Assembly: GCA_951406725.2 (NCBI GenBank)
Contig: OX597816.1
Coordinates: 84,382,001-84,446,000, forward strand
Direction: 5' to 3'
DNA: 64,000 bases
Source: Octopus vulgaris
Lineage: Eukaryota
The position numbers and the translations under genes are program-made. The notes below the pieces were generated by a model. The model was not told the origin of the DNA. It saw only the letters and a program-made list of their open reading frames with translations, and searched no databases. Of this stretch, positions 41,323 to 54,458 are shown in pieces. Numbering within the stretch: position 1 is the first letter of the stretch; each line of letters starts with the position of its first letter.

Positions 41323-42341
41323 CGGACGGTAGGTGAGACAAAAAAGGACAGGGGAAAAGCAAGAACGGGTCATTCGGAGCTTTCAATCTTCAGTCGAGAA
41401 GCAGGTCCCTTTGCAGTTTCGGCCGGTTAATCTCGAGACTGCTCTAATCTGGCCGGACCCAAGGAAATCTAAGTTAAGGGCACTAGATTCTTTGGAAGAA
41501 AGCAAGCGGATTATACGAAAACAAGGACGAAAAAAAAAACGGAGAAATGGTACACAATTACAAATACAAACAACAGGAAATTAACAACAGGTGACTGAGT
41601 ACGAATTGAATTAAGCTGGTGTGTGTGGAAGTGAAGCCTTACGGCAGGAGTATAGAAGCTGAAAATCATGGTAAGAAATAAAAGAGATGTTACACGGATG
41701 GTAATCGAAACAGGAAAGAAAGGTTAGGTTTGGCCGAACACCGGTCACGTGGAAGGAGAGGAGAGATGTGGTGGGTAGAGAGATTGAAGAATTAGGGAAG
41801 GACGAGAAAAAGAGAGAAAAAGGAAAGGGCCAGACTGAGATAAAGGAGGAGGGAAAGTCATGAGAATAAAGGGAGTGCCAAGGAATGTGAGAGAGGGTGG
41901 GAGCAAGAAAAATATAAGCGGAAGGAACGAAGAAAGTGTTAAATGGGCTAAAGGAAAGAGTAAGCTTCGTACAGAATTTATATGTGTATGTGTATATATA
42001 TATATACTCATATATATTACTATATATATTATATATACTCATATATATATATATGTACGTACATACAGGAGACCAAGAGTGTACGTACGCTGCTATTCAT
42101 ATACGTATGAGTAATATATTCTTTTATTCTTGTATTGCGTTATTTGCTTCAGTCAGTTGACTGCGGCCTCTCTGGTGTACAGCCTTGTAGGGTTTTAGTC
42201 AAACAAATTGCCCCCAGGTGTTATTCTTTGTAAGCATAGTACTTATTCTATCGGTTTCTTTTACCGAACCGCTAAGTTACGGGGCCATAAACACACCAGC
42301 ACCGGTGTGCTTATGGCCCCGGATGGGATAAACACACACAC

Positions 42342-42385
<44 letters not shown>

Positions 42386-43105
42386 GTGCGTGTGTACTGT
42401 GGAATGTATTTGTTGCCTTTCATTCCTGTCTTTCATAACTTGACTAATTACTACTTACTATTTCCTCTTTTACTTTTTTCCACTGAGTGAACTTGAACAC
42501 TGTATACAATAAGCTCATTTTATCGTGCCAAGATGCTGTATCTCACATACAAACACACGGCATGATACATGTGACAATGTAGTCTCTGATGTGTTGAACA
42601 AAAGGTATTTGGCATACAGAATTTGAAGATTACTGCCTGGCATTCGATGAAATAATTCTATGCCATAGTTCATCTCATGCAGAACTGACGTGGGCTATTA
42701 CATCACTCAATGCCTATTCCAAACAGCAGTAACAATTATATAAGAATCAAAATTTTTCTACGCATCTAAAAAGAAATAGCCTCAATCGAATTAGAAAGAG
42801 GAGGAAAATGATTAAGTAGAGAGAAATGTTAAGGTTTTAAAATTAAAACAACTTGTTAAATTCTCACAGGCAAAACAAGTAGAAAGAATGGTTATTCATT
42901 TAATGGTGCAATACTACATCTGCAATTAAGTATATGCGTGTTTGCGCGCGTGTGTGTGTGTATGTGTGTGTGTAGGTATGTGTGTGTGAGTGTGTGTAAC
43001 CTTCTGAGATTCCACTTTGAAACATATGTAGCCCGGAATGTTCCTACTCTATTCCGTAACTCTTGTATGCATATATGTATGTATATATACACACATGCAT
43101 ACACG

Positions 43106-43160
<55 letters not shown>

Positions 43161-44278
43161 GTATATATATATATACAACGGGCGTCTTTCGGTTTTCGTC
43201 TAGCGAATTCACCACTCACAAGGCTATGGTACGCCCGAGGCTATAGTAGAAGACATTTGCCATGTAGTGGGAGTGACCCCGGAAGCATGTGGTTGGGAAG
43301 CAAACTTCTAACTACACACCGATATGTATGTGTGTGTGTGTGCGTGTGTGTGTGTGTGTGTGTGCGTGCGTGTGTGTGTGTGTGTGCGCGCGCATGTGCT
43401 TGTATAGATACATGCAGTAAAACACAACATAAAGACGAATATGTATATTGCTAGGTGGCATGTATTTTTAAGAAAATATTTTATATTTACTATTAACAAT
43501 CCTTTCTATTATAGGCACAAGACCTGAAATTTTTCAGGGAGGGGCTAGTCAATAACATCGACCCTAGACGGCCCCTTGTTTCATCAATCTCGAAAAGTTG
43601 AAAAGGCGAAGTTGACCTCGACGGAATCTGAACTTAGAACGTATTCCCTAAGTAGCACTGATGTTTACTCCCGGTGATTTGAGCAAAGGAATAACAACCG
43701 TCGCTCCTCGATAAACTGTAACATTTTTGTTCTCACCAGAATTTCCAGCTGCATATAAATACATTAGACAAAAGAACGCCATGCTCAAACTTAACAGTAG
43801 TCAATAAATAACTGCATATATGGATGCACCGGAAGGAACACGACATATTTGGTTATATTGAAAACGTGGTCGAAGTAAATTCGCTGGGAGCAGAATCACT
43901 AATAGGACTGTTCGGCCAGGGCACAAAGTAAGCAATTTCGGGGGAGAGGGAAAGTCGATTAGACTGACCCCATGATCAACTATGCTGTTTGTCCTTTCGA
44001 TCTCAAAACGTACACAAAGCATAGTCGACCTTGGCGGAATTTCAACTCAGAGCGTAAAGTCCGACGAAATGCCGATAAGAATTTACCCGGCGTGCTAACA
44101 ATTTCGCCAGCTCTCAGCATCGACATTCCACAATATCTTTCAGTTACTTACAGAATCATAATACTAAATTTCTGCCATTTGCAGTATTTTCTTGTCCACT
44201 TCCTTCTATATGCAATGTGTTGATGTTAACTTTCTTTCATTTTCGGAATCTCCATATTAACTCCCAACAGCAACACTA

Positions 44279-44638
44279 GTGGAGGCGCGATGGCCCAATG
44301 GTTAGGGCAGCGGACTCGCGGTCGGAGGATCGCGGTTTCGATTCTCAGACCGGGTGTTGTGTGTGTTTATTGAGCGAAAACACCTAAAGCTCCACGAGGC
44401 TCCGGCAGGGGGTGGTGGCGACCCCTGTTGTACTCTTTCGCCCCAACTTTCTCTCACTCTTTCTTCCTGCTTCTTGTCCCCGACTTCCTACGCAACCGCT
44501 GAGCCTGGATGCACATTCATCCATCCGTCGATGCTCTCGATGTCAGGGGTTGACCTGCTTTCTCTTCTGCGGGTCTTACGAATAGCAAAGGACCACGTTT
44601 CGGACTTCTCCCACTACTGGGACGAAGACCGCTTCACT
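44279..44638 (+). mobile_element. Full-length tRNA(Arg)-like SINE with 14-bp target-site duplication
   Basis: TGGCCCAATGGTTAGGGC A-box, TCG anticodon-like loop, GGTTTCGATTC B-box; CAACAGCAACACTA at 44265-44278 and 44639-44652. Confidence 0.85.
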
Positions 44639-47616
44639 CAACAGCAACACTATGTTAGCCTTCTGTTCTCTTGAGATAATTTACATGTAGTAGATTCAAA
44701 TTTTGACACAAGGCCAGAAGTTTCGGGTGAGGGGTTATGTCGATTACACAGACTCCAGTGCTCGATTAGTACTTATTTCATCAACCCCGAAAGGATGAAA
44801 AGTAAAGTCGACTTCGGCGGAATTTGAACATAGAACATATAGGCGGATGAAATGCTTCTAAACATTTTGTCCGACGTGCTAACGATTCTACTCGCTCACC
44901 GCCTTATATTTATTATTAATGATGACCCTTTATTTATCAAGGAAAAATAACTTTAATTAATAACACTAATTAACTTATTAACACAGAAATGCGAATCAGC
45001 TTCACATTAAATAGAGCGCTGAAGGTATTAAATGTACGGTTGTGCCTAAGTCAATTTAGAGATATTGCAAATAACAGGAAGTTATCAAGAAACCGCTGAA
45101 AAGAAAAATAAGTGAACTCGAAAATTTAACAGTCAGAGCAAGGCGGCGATTTGGCAGTATCATTAGCACTCCGGACAAAGTGATTAACAGCCTTTCATCC
45201 GTATTTATGTTCTGAATTAAAATTCCGCCCAACCCACTTTACCTGTTCATCTTTTCGGGGTCGATTAAATAAGTACCCGTTGAGCACTGGGGTCCATGTA
45301 ATCAACTTATCCCTTCCCCAAACTAGTTAGCCTTGTGCCAAAATTTGAAACCAATGCGTAGCTCTAAATTCTGATGGGAACAAAAAAATGTTAGACTTTG
45401 TCGAGAAGCGATGGGCCATTTTTCACAAATCCCAGTTGGTGTGTATCGATATACACCAGCGTTGCCTAGAAAGTATTAAATTTATTGCTGAAAAATTTTT
45501 TCTAGCGTTGCTTCTTCTAATGTTTGATAGAAATACTTATATTCTTTTCTACTCTAGGTACAAGGCCCAAACTTGTTGGGGAGAAGGTCGGTCGATTACA
45601 GCGACCTCAGTACGCAACTGGTTCATAATTTATCGACACCAAAAGGACGAAAGCCAAAGTCGACTTCGGCGGATAGAAAATACTTTTGTTATTGCATTGC
45701 AAAACTAACATTCTTTGTCTTATTTTGTTAATCAGAACCACTGTGAGGCCTATTGATGAGCTAAATATGACAGCCAAATATCACTGATGTCATATACTAC
45801 AGAGTTATAACAGAATACATTAGATAATGTCAGAGACACACTATCATATGACTTTTAATCATAAATATGTCGGCTTCATCAGGGCTGACGCGACACTAAA
45901 GAAGAATAAAAATAACAACAGTAACTAATGCTACGTGAATGTAGGACCAAGTAGTCAGATATATACTGCTGATATAGTTTGAGGTAGGCCACTGAGGTAC
46001 TATTGAAGACCTTCATCGTTATAAATATACTTACTGTACATTAGCCAAAATCATTATTATAATGAATATACGCTGTTTTTAAATGGCCTATGTTCAGTTG
46101 TGTTTTATAATAATGGATTAGTAAAGAATACATGGGCACATGAGCAGATATTACCGAGAGAGAAAAAGTAAGGTGAGATTTGAAATGAAAATTTGAAGAA
46201 GCAGTTTTAAAATATATCCGGTAGTTAAAAAAAATATGAACAGAAGTAAATATTTTGTTCGACAGACGCATTACACACATACACATATGTATATGTATGA
46301 CAAGTGACAGTGCACGAAATTCTTGGCTTCTGAGTCACTTTGTGACTCATGCTGATTAGATAATCTCTTTCTCTCTCTTCTTCTCTCCGTTTTTCTATGT
46401 ATGTATGTATATGTAATAATTATGTTGCACATGATTTTTACCAGGGGAGCTTTTCAACCATTGGTAGTGAGGAAGATAATTTCTCTGGTGATGGCACAGT
46501 ATTATTTTATTATTTGTTTAAACTAAGTATAGAAAGTAAATTTCTTTGCCAGAAGTACGACGCCTCGAGGGTAATAGGATTCGAACTACTGGCCCTTTGC
46601 GTCATTATCTCGACACCCTATCGACTCACCGTCTTCCTGAAAGCCAGGCATTGCTAGTCTGGGTCTCCTTTGATCAAGGAGTTTTGTTAGTAGTCAAATC
46701 GTTCGTTTAAATTATTTTAACACCGATAAAGACATTATCAAGATCATAAAGAAAACACGAGTGACATTACGATGTAAAACAAAAATAATAATGTAATATA
46801 TGAAAAAACATGCATTGTTTATAAAAATAAATATCATTTTTTTATATACTTTCATTCTATGGAGTTCAAAAACAGTTAACATAAAAATATAAGCAGTTTT
46901 AAAAAACAAAGCCACGGGTACTATTTTTATATTAAGAAAAAAAGTGGGAGCTCCTTTCAAGTTGTCAGAATACGTTTCATGTAGATTTCTTCACCGTAAG
47001 CAAGCTTATTTACTTATCAATGTATGTAAACTTGTTTTTAGTTAATTTAAGTAGTTTTACATACGAAGACAAGCTATCCATCGGCTGTTCATTGCATCAA
47101 TATATTAGTTTATTTTCTCTGCTCTGTTTACTTTGTATATTAGTATCTATATTTTTTTGTCTTTTGCATTCTTTCTTGAATTATTCCTTTAAAAAGAAAA
47201 TATAAAAGAAATTCAACTGAAGTTATGTGTGAAGAATATGATACAGTAAAATGGTAATACAAACAAATGAAAGAGAATGAATAAATCTATTAAATGAAGG
47301 GGAAAATAATGTTTAAAGTAATAACAACATGAAATTGTTTTGTTATATCGTTTTAAGTCCTTGGATGAACGTTAAGAATACCTGGTAGTTATGAACTTTT
47401 AGAACCGGTTTCGATTTCAGCTGTTACCCTTTCGTTTCCCTCAAATAACGCGCTTGAAAATTGGTAACATGGTTTGAATGCCACAACAGTCAAAATTTGA
47501 CCCACTCTAGAAGTTGTAACCCTACGCTCGTGGAAGGAAAGAATATGCTGGAGCTTTTTTCTTTTGTTAAGATTATGATTATCTTGCTATTAGTTATGTG
47601 TAACTACAGTATATTG

Positions 47617-47770
47617 GCACAGTGTCTGTGTGGTAAGTAGCTTGCTTACCAACCACATAGTTCCGGGTTCAGTCCCCCTGCGTGGCACCTTGGGCAAGTG
47701 TCTTCTACTATAGCCTCGGATCGACCAAGCCTTGTGAGTGGATTCGGTAGATGGAAACTGAAACCCGTCT

Positions 47771-47823
<53 letters not shown>

Positions 47824-47980
47824 TTGTGCCCCCATCATCACTTGATTACTAAGAGAGCGATAGATTAAGTGCTAGGCTTACAAAGAATATGTCTTGGGGA
47901 CGATTTGTTCGACTAAAGGCAGTGCTCCAGCAGAGCCATAGTCAAATGACTGAAGCAAATAGAAAAAGTAAAAGGAAAAG
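47617..47980 (+). mobile_element. SINE family A
   Basis: GTGTGGTAAGTAGCTTGCTTACC head, CCTTGGGCAAGTGTCTT CORE-like block, internal (TA)(TG)n, GTGCTCCAGCA tail. Confidence 0.8.
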
Positions 47981-48231
47981 AAAGACTATTTATAGAGTGT
48001 TTGAAGTGATGTACAGATATAGAACATCGAAAAAAAAAAAGGAAATTGTCAGTATTTTGGATAATTCTTTTATTATTAGTGCCTCAAGATGAGAAGCAAA
48101 TTCAAAATGATTACGATAAAAACGTGGTTACCACTTAGATTTTAATTCTTATCTTGAAGTGTTCGTTTAACGAACGAAAGCGCTAGTAATAAAAAAAAAT
48201 CATCTAAAATTATGACTGCCTCGTTTTTCTT

Positions 48232-48310
<79 letters not shown>

Positions 48311-48894
48311 ATATACGAAATGTTGAATGGGACAGTGTGTACTTTACTGACAAAATAACTTGTCAAAATGTAACCATCGAGAAAAATGTTGATTCCTCTT
48401 AGTGTCAATAGTGTCAAATGGTTCTAGACACTTAGAAATTGGTAAAGGAAGAAAAAGATTCTGTTTTCCAAATTGAACCTTGACCCGAATTCTTGTATGC
48501 ATGGAGATCCCCCAGTCTTGAGTCAAATACAAATGGACTCAAAACCAACTAGTTTTTGCCAGAATCGAGTCGTATTAGTTGTAATAATGAAATCAAGCCA
48601 AATAGCAATATTTTGAAATCATTTATTACGTATGTTTCATATTTCCGTACTATATTATAGGGAATGCATCCATTACGTAAGCCTTTCTCGGTTACAGTAA
48701 AGTTGTAAAGATTTGTGTATTGGATGCATTTCGTACTATATATTATGCAAACCTGAAACGTACGTATTAAATGCACTATTTGGTTTGACCACATTATTAC
48801 AACTATGTGTGTGTGTATGTGTGTGCATGTGTGTGTGTGTGTGCACGTGCGTGTTTGCGTACATGCGTGCGTACGTGTGTGTAAGCAATTTTAT

Positions 48895-49290
48895 TCGTTT
48901 ATTCTTTTACTTGTTTCAGTCATTTGACTGCGGCCATGCTGAAGCACCGCCTTTTAATCAATCGAGCAAATCGACCCTCAGGACTTATTCTTTGTAAGCC
49001 TAGTACTTATTCTATCGGTGTCTTTTGCCGAACCGCTAAGTTACGGGGACGTAAACACATCAGCATCGGTTGTCAAGCGATGTTTGGGGGACAAACACAG
49101 ACACACAAACATATACACACACATACATATATATATATATACATATATACGACGGGCTTCTTTCAGTTTCCGTCTACCAAATCCGCTCACAATGCTTTGG
49201 TCGGCCCGAGGCTATTGTAGAAGACACTTGCCCAAGGTGCCACACAGTTGGACTGAATCCGGAACCAAGTGGTTGGTAAGCAAGCTACTC
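48895..49290 (-). mobile_element. SINE family A, near full length
   Basis: Same head, CORE-like block and tail as 47617-47980. Confidence 0.8.
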
Positions 49291-50494
49291 CTAAAAAGGG
49301 AATATGCAAATCGAGAGGTGGATTCAAATCCTTTCTCTTAGCGCGAAAATTACCTACAGCAAAATGAATGAATAGGTTCAGGTTTAGATTCATAACTTGG
49401 AATTATAAATTACAAATATTTCTAAAAATGCACCAAGAATCTATGTTTGTTAAAAAAGAAATCTTATAATGTGTCCCAAGGCTGTACAACCTAGAATATT
49501 GTAAATAGATATAATAACATTTAGTTTATCAAAAATCAAACAGAATGAAAAACAGTTCAAGGCATGTATTTTAAAATACTCATATGTTATGCAAATCTGA
49601 ACCTTTCCCATGTTTTTCTTGTAGCTGGGACCATTATAAGTACAAGTAGAATCGTATTTAGCCGGAAGAGATATTACTGATATTTGAATTGAATCTAGTT
49701 ATGTGCACCTGTGAAACGAAATAGGTAAATGCATCAGGTATATATATTAAGCTGATACATCTATCAATTCACCTTTGTTCTCTTTGCGCGGAGATTTCCT
49801 CCAAAAATTGCATAATTATATTTGGATTCAACCTATCAAATAATTTATATTCCTCTCAGATATTCGTTGTTGAGCTCTTTGACATATTTTGAAAAAAATA
49901 TCTCGAGTATTTTTTGGAACATTTATAATTTATAACTTCATTCATATGTTGAATATAAAGTTGTTTGACGCTCTTCGTATTAGGTTATCTACACGCATAT
50001 AGAAAATATTCAAATTCAATAACAGTGGCATTTTAAATACATGATTAAAAGACAAGCTGTTTTCCATATATACAAATATAAAACTGGATGATAAAACAGC
50101 AAAAAAGAAAACGGAAAATGCATAGCGGAAATTCTACAAAGGAAAATAAATCTCTCTTCCCACACACGAAGATAAATTCTGTAACCTCTTACAAAAGACA
50201 TCTCAGCCTAGATCAAATTACACTCTTCAATCTCAATAGTAACTTGCACTTACAACCGAAATATAACTGAAAGTTTAAAAAGTCCGTACTCAAACTAATC
50301 TACCAATCCCCTCAATGCTGAGATATCATATAAGAAAGACAAAAGAACTACAAACATAAATAATAACCTTAAAGATACACCCCGAAGCGGATACGACAAA
50401 CATGACTGCACATACAGCAACAAGCAATTATTTAACGCAACTTGAAATAAACTCTGCATGATTAAAAGAATAACAGAGCAGTATTAAAGGGTTT

Positions 50495-50950
50495 TTATTA
50501 TCCAGTCCGACCCCTCCACTTCGCACATCTTCCCTAACCGACCCCTCCCCTCCTTCAAACGAGTCCACAACCTACGAGATCTCTTGGTCCACAGCTTCTT
50601 CCTAACCCAAACTCCCAACCTGGCTCGTTCTCCTGCTCCCGCCCACGCTGTCGCACTTGTCTTTACCTCTCCAACAACACCCTCCTCACCGGCACCCATC
50701 ATCGACCCTATCATATCACCGACTTCTTCACCTGCACTTCTACTAATGTCATCCACTGCATCTCCTGCTTTCTCTGCCCTTCTCTATGCATCGGGCAAAC
50801 GGGATGCCACTCGGCTCACCGGTTCGCGGAACAGCTCCGAGACATCTGACTCGACAATGACACCTCGGTCTCACGCCATTTCCGGTCTACCGGTCACTCT
50901 TTGTAACACTTGTCAGTGTTCGGATTGTCCTTGTACAGGGACTCTATGAT
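50495..50950 (+). mobile_element. Penelope-like linker and GIY-YIG remnant (same family as 18185-19062)
   Basis: IQSDPSTSHIFPNRPLPSFKRVHNLRDLLVHS...CSRPRCRTC...FTCTSTNVIHCISCFLCPSLCIGQTG. Confidence 0.85.
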
Positions 50951-51491
50951 GGATGCCTCTTATGTGTTTAAATGTACACTGTATTTATATGAATAATATA
51001 TAGTCTTTTGACTAAATTTTTACACGCTAGGCCACTGGTAGTAGAAATTTGTAATATTTCTTATTCCCCTGATGTTATTAATTATATATATATATATATT
51101 AATAAATAAAATAAAACATATGCATATATATAAACATATATGTACGTACCTACCTCTACATGTACATATACACGCATATATGAGTACAGGACACCAAAAG
51201 GACGTCGAACACAATGAGAAACGAAAACATAGACACAAACCAAAGGAACTGGACATTTTTTTAAAACAACAAAAAAATAGAGTACAGGACAATTAACACA
51301 AAGAAAAAAAACCCCTTCTTCAGTCGCTATGGTTTCATCTACTCTACGTTTCGAAGGATAAAAGCGAGATGTATCTTCGACAAGAAACTTTCCTTCCTGC
51401 GAAAAGCAAATCAATTAAAATTCTGAGATCTTTTCGCAGAGGGGTAAAAATTGGTAACAAAAACAGGACAGTAACGACAGTACAAATTATA

Positions 51492-51526
<35 letters not shown>

Positions 51527-52809
51527 AATATAATATACACATATATATACATACATACATATATATAATTTTATCCTATCTGGGGATAATATGTTATAGG
51601 GAAAAATTTCTAGCTTATCAACCGATTACATATAGGCACTACGGTGGAGTGAACTGTCTCAACTTGCTTCACTTATGATGATGGTTTTGGTGATTGTGAC
51701 AGCTTTGGTAGTGGTGTTAATGACGCAGTAAAGGTGACATTATGGCTCACGTGACGAGACAGAATAGACATTGTGAGAAATTGTTGCTAATGGTGATAGT
51801 TCTAGTGCAGGTGGTGCGCCCTCCGACGCTTGAATACTTTCAACAGAATACATCCTACTGCAAACATTCCGGACAGTTCTTAGGGTATTAGCATCACTTC
51901 TCTCCTTCCTTCCACCAGCCTTAGAAGCCCCATAAAGGATCTCTGGCGTTGGTCTTCTTCCACTGATTAAATCGTATTAAAATATGAAGGGAAAACAAGC
52001 AAAAAGGCTGTAATCCTTGACGATTTTAATAATCATGCAGTTAATTGTGAAAGTGCATGTCGTCACATGGCTGGAAAGAGTAATGGCAATTGTCATATTT
52101 TTGATAATAGTAATAGCAACGGTGGAAACATTGGAAGTTTGTGTTTGGTGACGGACGGTAAGTTGGTGCAATCATGAAATTGCAGGAGGGATGGTAGAGA
52201 TGGCAGCCATATTTATTTTATATTTTTTGTTTTTATAACATATATTTCATAGTCACACCTCTTTGCTTTTTCTCTAAATATCCCTAGCCCACATCACATA
52301 TAATCTAATCAACCCTCTCAGCAATCAACCGACCACCCACTCCTTAATATTTTTTTTAATATTTTCTACATCGTATCTACTATACTCATTTCTTTTAACT
52401 ACCCCCTATGCGCTGCACAATCATATCTCGCTCCCAACGACCACCCAACGCATTATTGTACAACCACATCACACGTCGTAATGATTACTTAACGAACAAA
52501 CAAGGCCACGAACTTGTAGAAACAATTTATAATCGTTTGAATTAACTCTACCGCTTCCTTCACGAGTAGATGGTTGACGGCTGTGATAACACCACAGTTA
52601 AGATTACCACCGACGCTAACTCTATGTCCTGCTACTATCAGAACTACAAGCCTGCGAGGGAGCCTCATGCGGTCACTAGAAGAACTTGAAATAGCAGAAA
52701 CGTCTCAGGATTGTGAAGCAAACTTCTTTATCAATGGGCCATGCTTGCGATTCATTTACATAAATATCATTACCACTACCACCAGAGGAATATAACTCTT
52801 AACATTATT

Positions 52810-53230
52810 AGAATCGTTAGCACGTCGGAAAAAATGCTTAGCGGCATTTCGTCCGTCTTTACATTCTGAATTCAAATTCTGCGGGGCTGACTTTGCCTTT
52901 CATCATTTCGAGATCGATAAAATAAGTATCAGTTGAATACTGGGGTCGATGTAATCGACTTACTCCTTCCCTGAAATTGCTGGCCTTGTGCCAAAATTTG
53001 AAACCATTATTAAAGCCATTGGTTTAATGCGGCGAGCTTGCAGAATGGTTAGCATGCCGAGTGAAATGTTTAGCAGTCCTTAGGTTCCTAGTTCAAATTC
53101 CGTCAAGGTCAACTTTGCCTTTCATCCTTCCGGGGTCGATAAAATAGATACCAGTCAATCACTGGTTCGATAATATCGACTAAGCCCCTCTCCCAAAATT
53201 TCAGGCCTTTTGCCTATAGTACAAATGATT
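52810..53230 (+). mobile_element. Two adjacent SINE family B copies
   Basis: Two head-to-tail matches to the family B head and Nin-like domain. Confidence 0.75.
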
Positions 53231-53879
53231 ATTAACATTATTAGTACATAAAATAAACAAAATATAAAACAACACCTAACTCATCAAAAGTAAAATTTTA
53301 GTTTAAATATAGCGGGTGCTTTTATCCCAGGATTAACAATCCTTATTCGAACAGATCATATTTTACTGCAATCAAAAGTTGGTCTGGACGAAACTAAATA
53401 TTTGTTCTTAAGCATGTAATATAGACGAATACAAAACTGAATTATAAAAGCGGTATCGTTCATTACATGCCAGAAATTTAAAATGCGTATTAGTAAAACC
53501 ACTATGTGGTTACAGGCATACTAGAAATAGCAACAAAACCTTTTTTAAGTGAAACTGGTTATATCAAAAATAAGAGACGTAGATGGAAAGTAATGCACAG
53601 ATACTGCACAAATACTAGAGTACTTCTCAACATAACACCAACGATAAATTATGATTTTTAAGATCAGCACAAAGTCAGTATTAGGATTTGAGGAAAGAAT
53701 GAGTAATTTGTCACTAAAGAGAAAAAATGCGGTCAAGACACAAATATTCGGTGTTGCTCCAGCATGACCGCAGCAATATGATCATGCAATTCAGATACTC
53801 TACTGGACAGATACTTTGTTTTTCGACCCTGGAATGATGGCAAAGTTAGGATTTGAACACGGTATAGAGCTGGAACAAA

Positions 53880-54458
53880 TTCTTTTCTACTCTAGGTGCA
53901 AGGGCCGAAATTTTGGAAGAGGGGGCCAGTCGATTAGATCGACCCCAGTACGCAACTGGTAATTAATTTATTTGACCCCGAAAGGATGAAAGGCAAAATC
54001 CACCTCGGCAGAATTTGAACTCAGAAAGTAAAGACAGAGGAAATACCGCTAAACCTTTCGCCCGGCGTGCAAACGTTTCTTTTCTACTCTAGGCACAAGG
54101 CCCGAAATTTTGAGGGAGGGGGCCTGTCGATTAGATCGACCCCAGTACGCAACTGCTACTTAATTTATCGACCCCGAAATGATGAAAGGCAAAGTCGACC
54201 TCGGCGGAATTTGAACTCAGAACGTAACGGCAGACGAAATACCTGTTTCTTTATTACCCACAAGGACAAACAAGGACAGACAAAGGGATTAAGCCGATTA
54301 CATCGACCTCAGTGCATAACTGGTACTTAATTTATCGAACCCGAAAGGATGAAAGGCAAAGTTGATCTCGGCGGAATTTGAACTCAGAATATAACGGCAG
54401 ACAAAATACGGCTAGAATTTCGCCAGGCGTGCTAACGTTTCTGCCAGCTCGCCGCCTT
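53880..54458 (-). mobile_element. SINE family B cluster (tandem copies)
   Basis: Three Nin-like domain blocks in the same orientation; other family B copies near 43500, 43915, 44695, 45140, 45545 and 55620. Confidence 0.8.

Noticed and set aside
51310-51400. Possible type II hammerhead on the minus strand (CCUUC-GAAACGUA...CUGAAGA-AGGGG)
   Set aside because: No credible stem I in this copy; the related copy near 8040 is truncated. Worth rechecking on a family consensus
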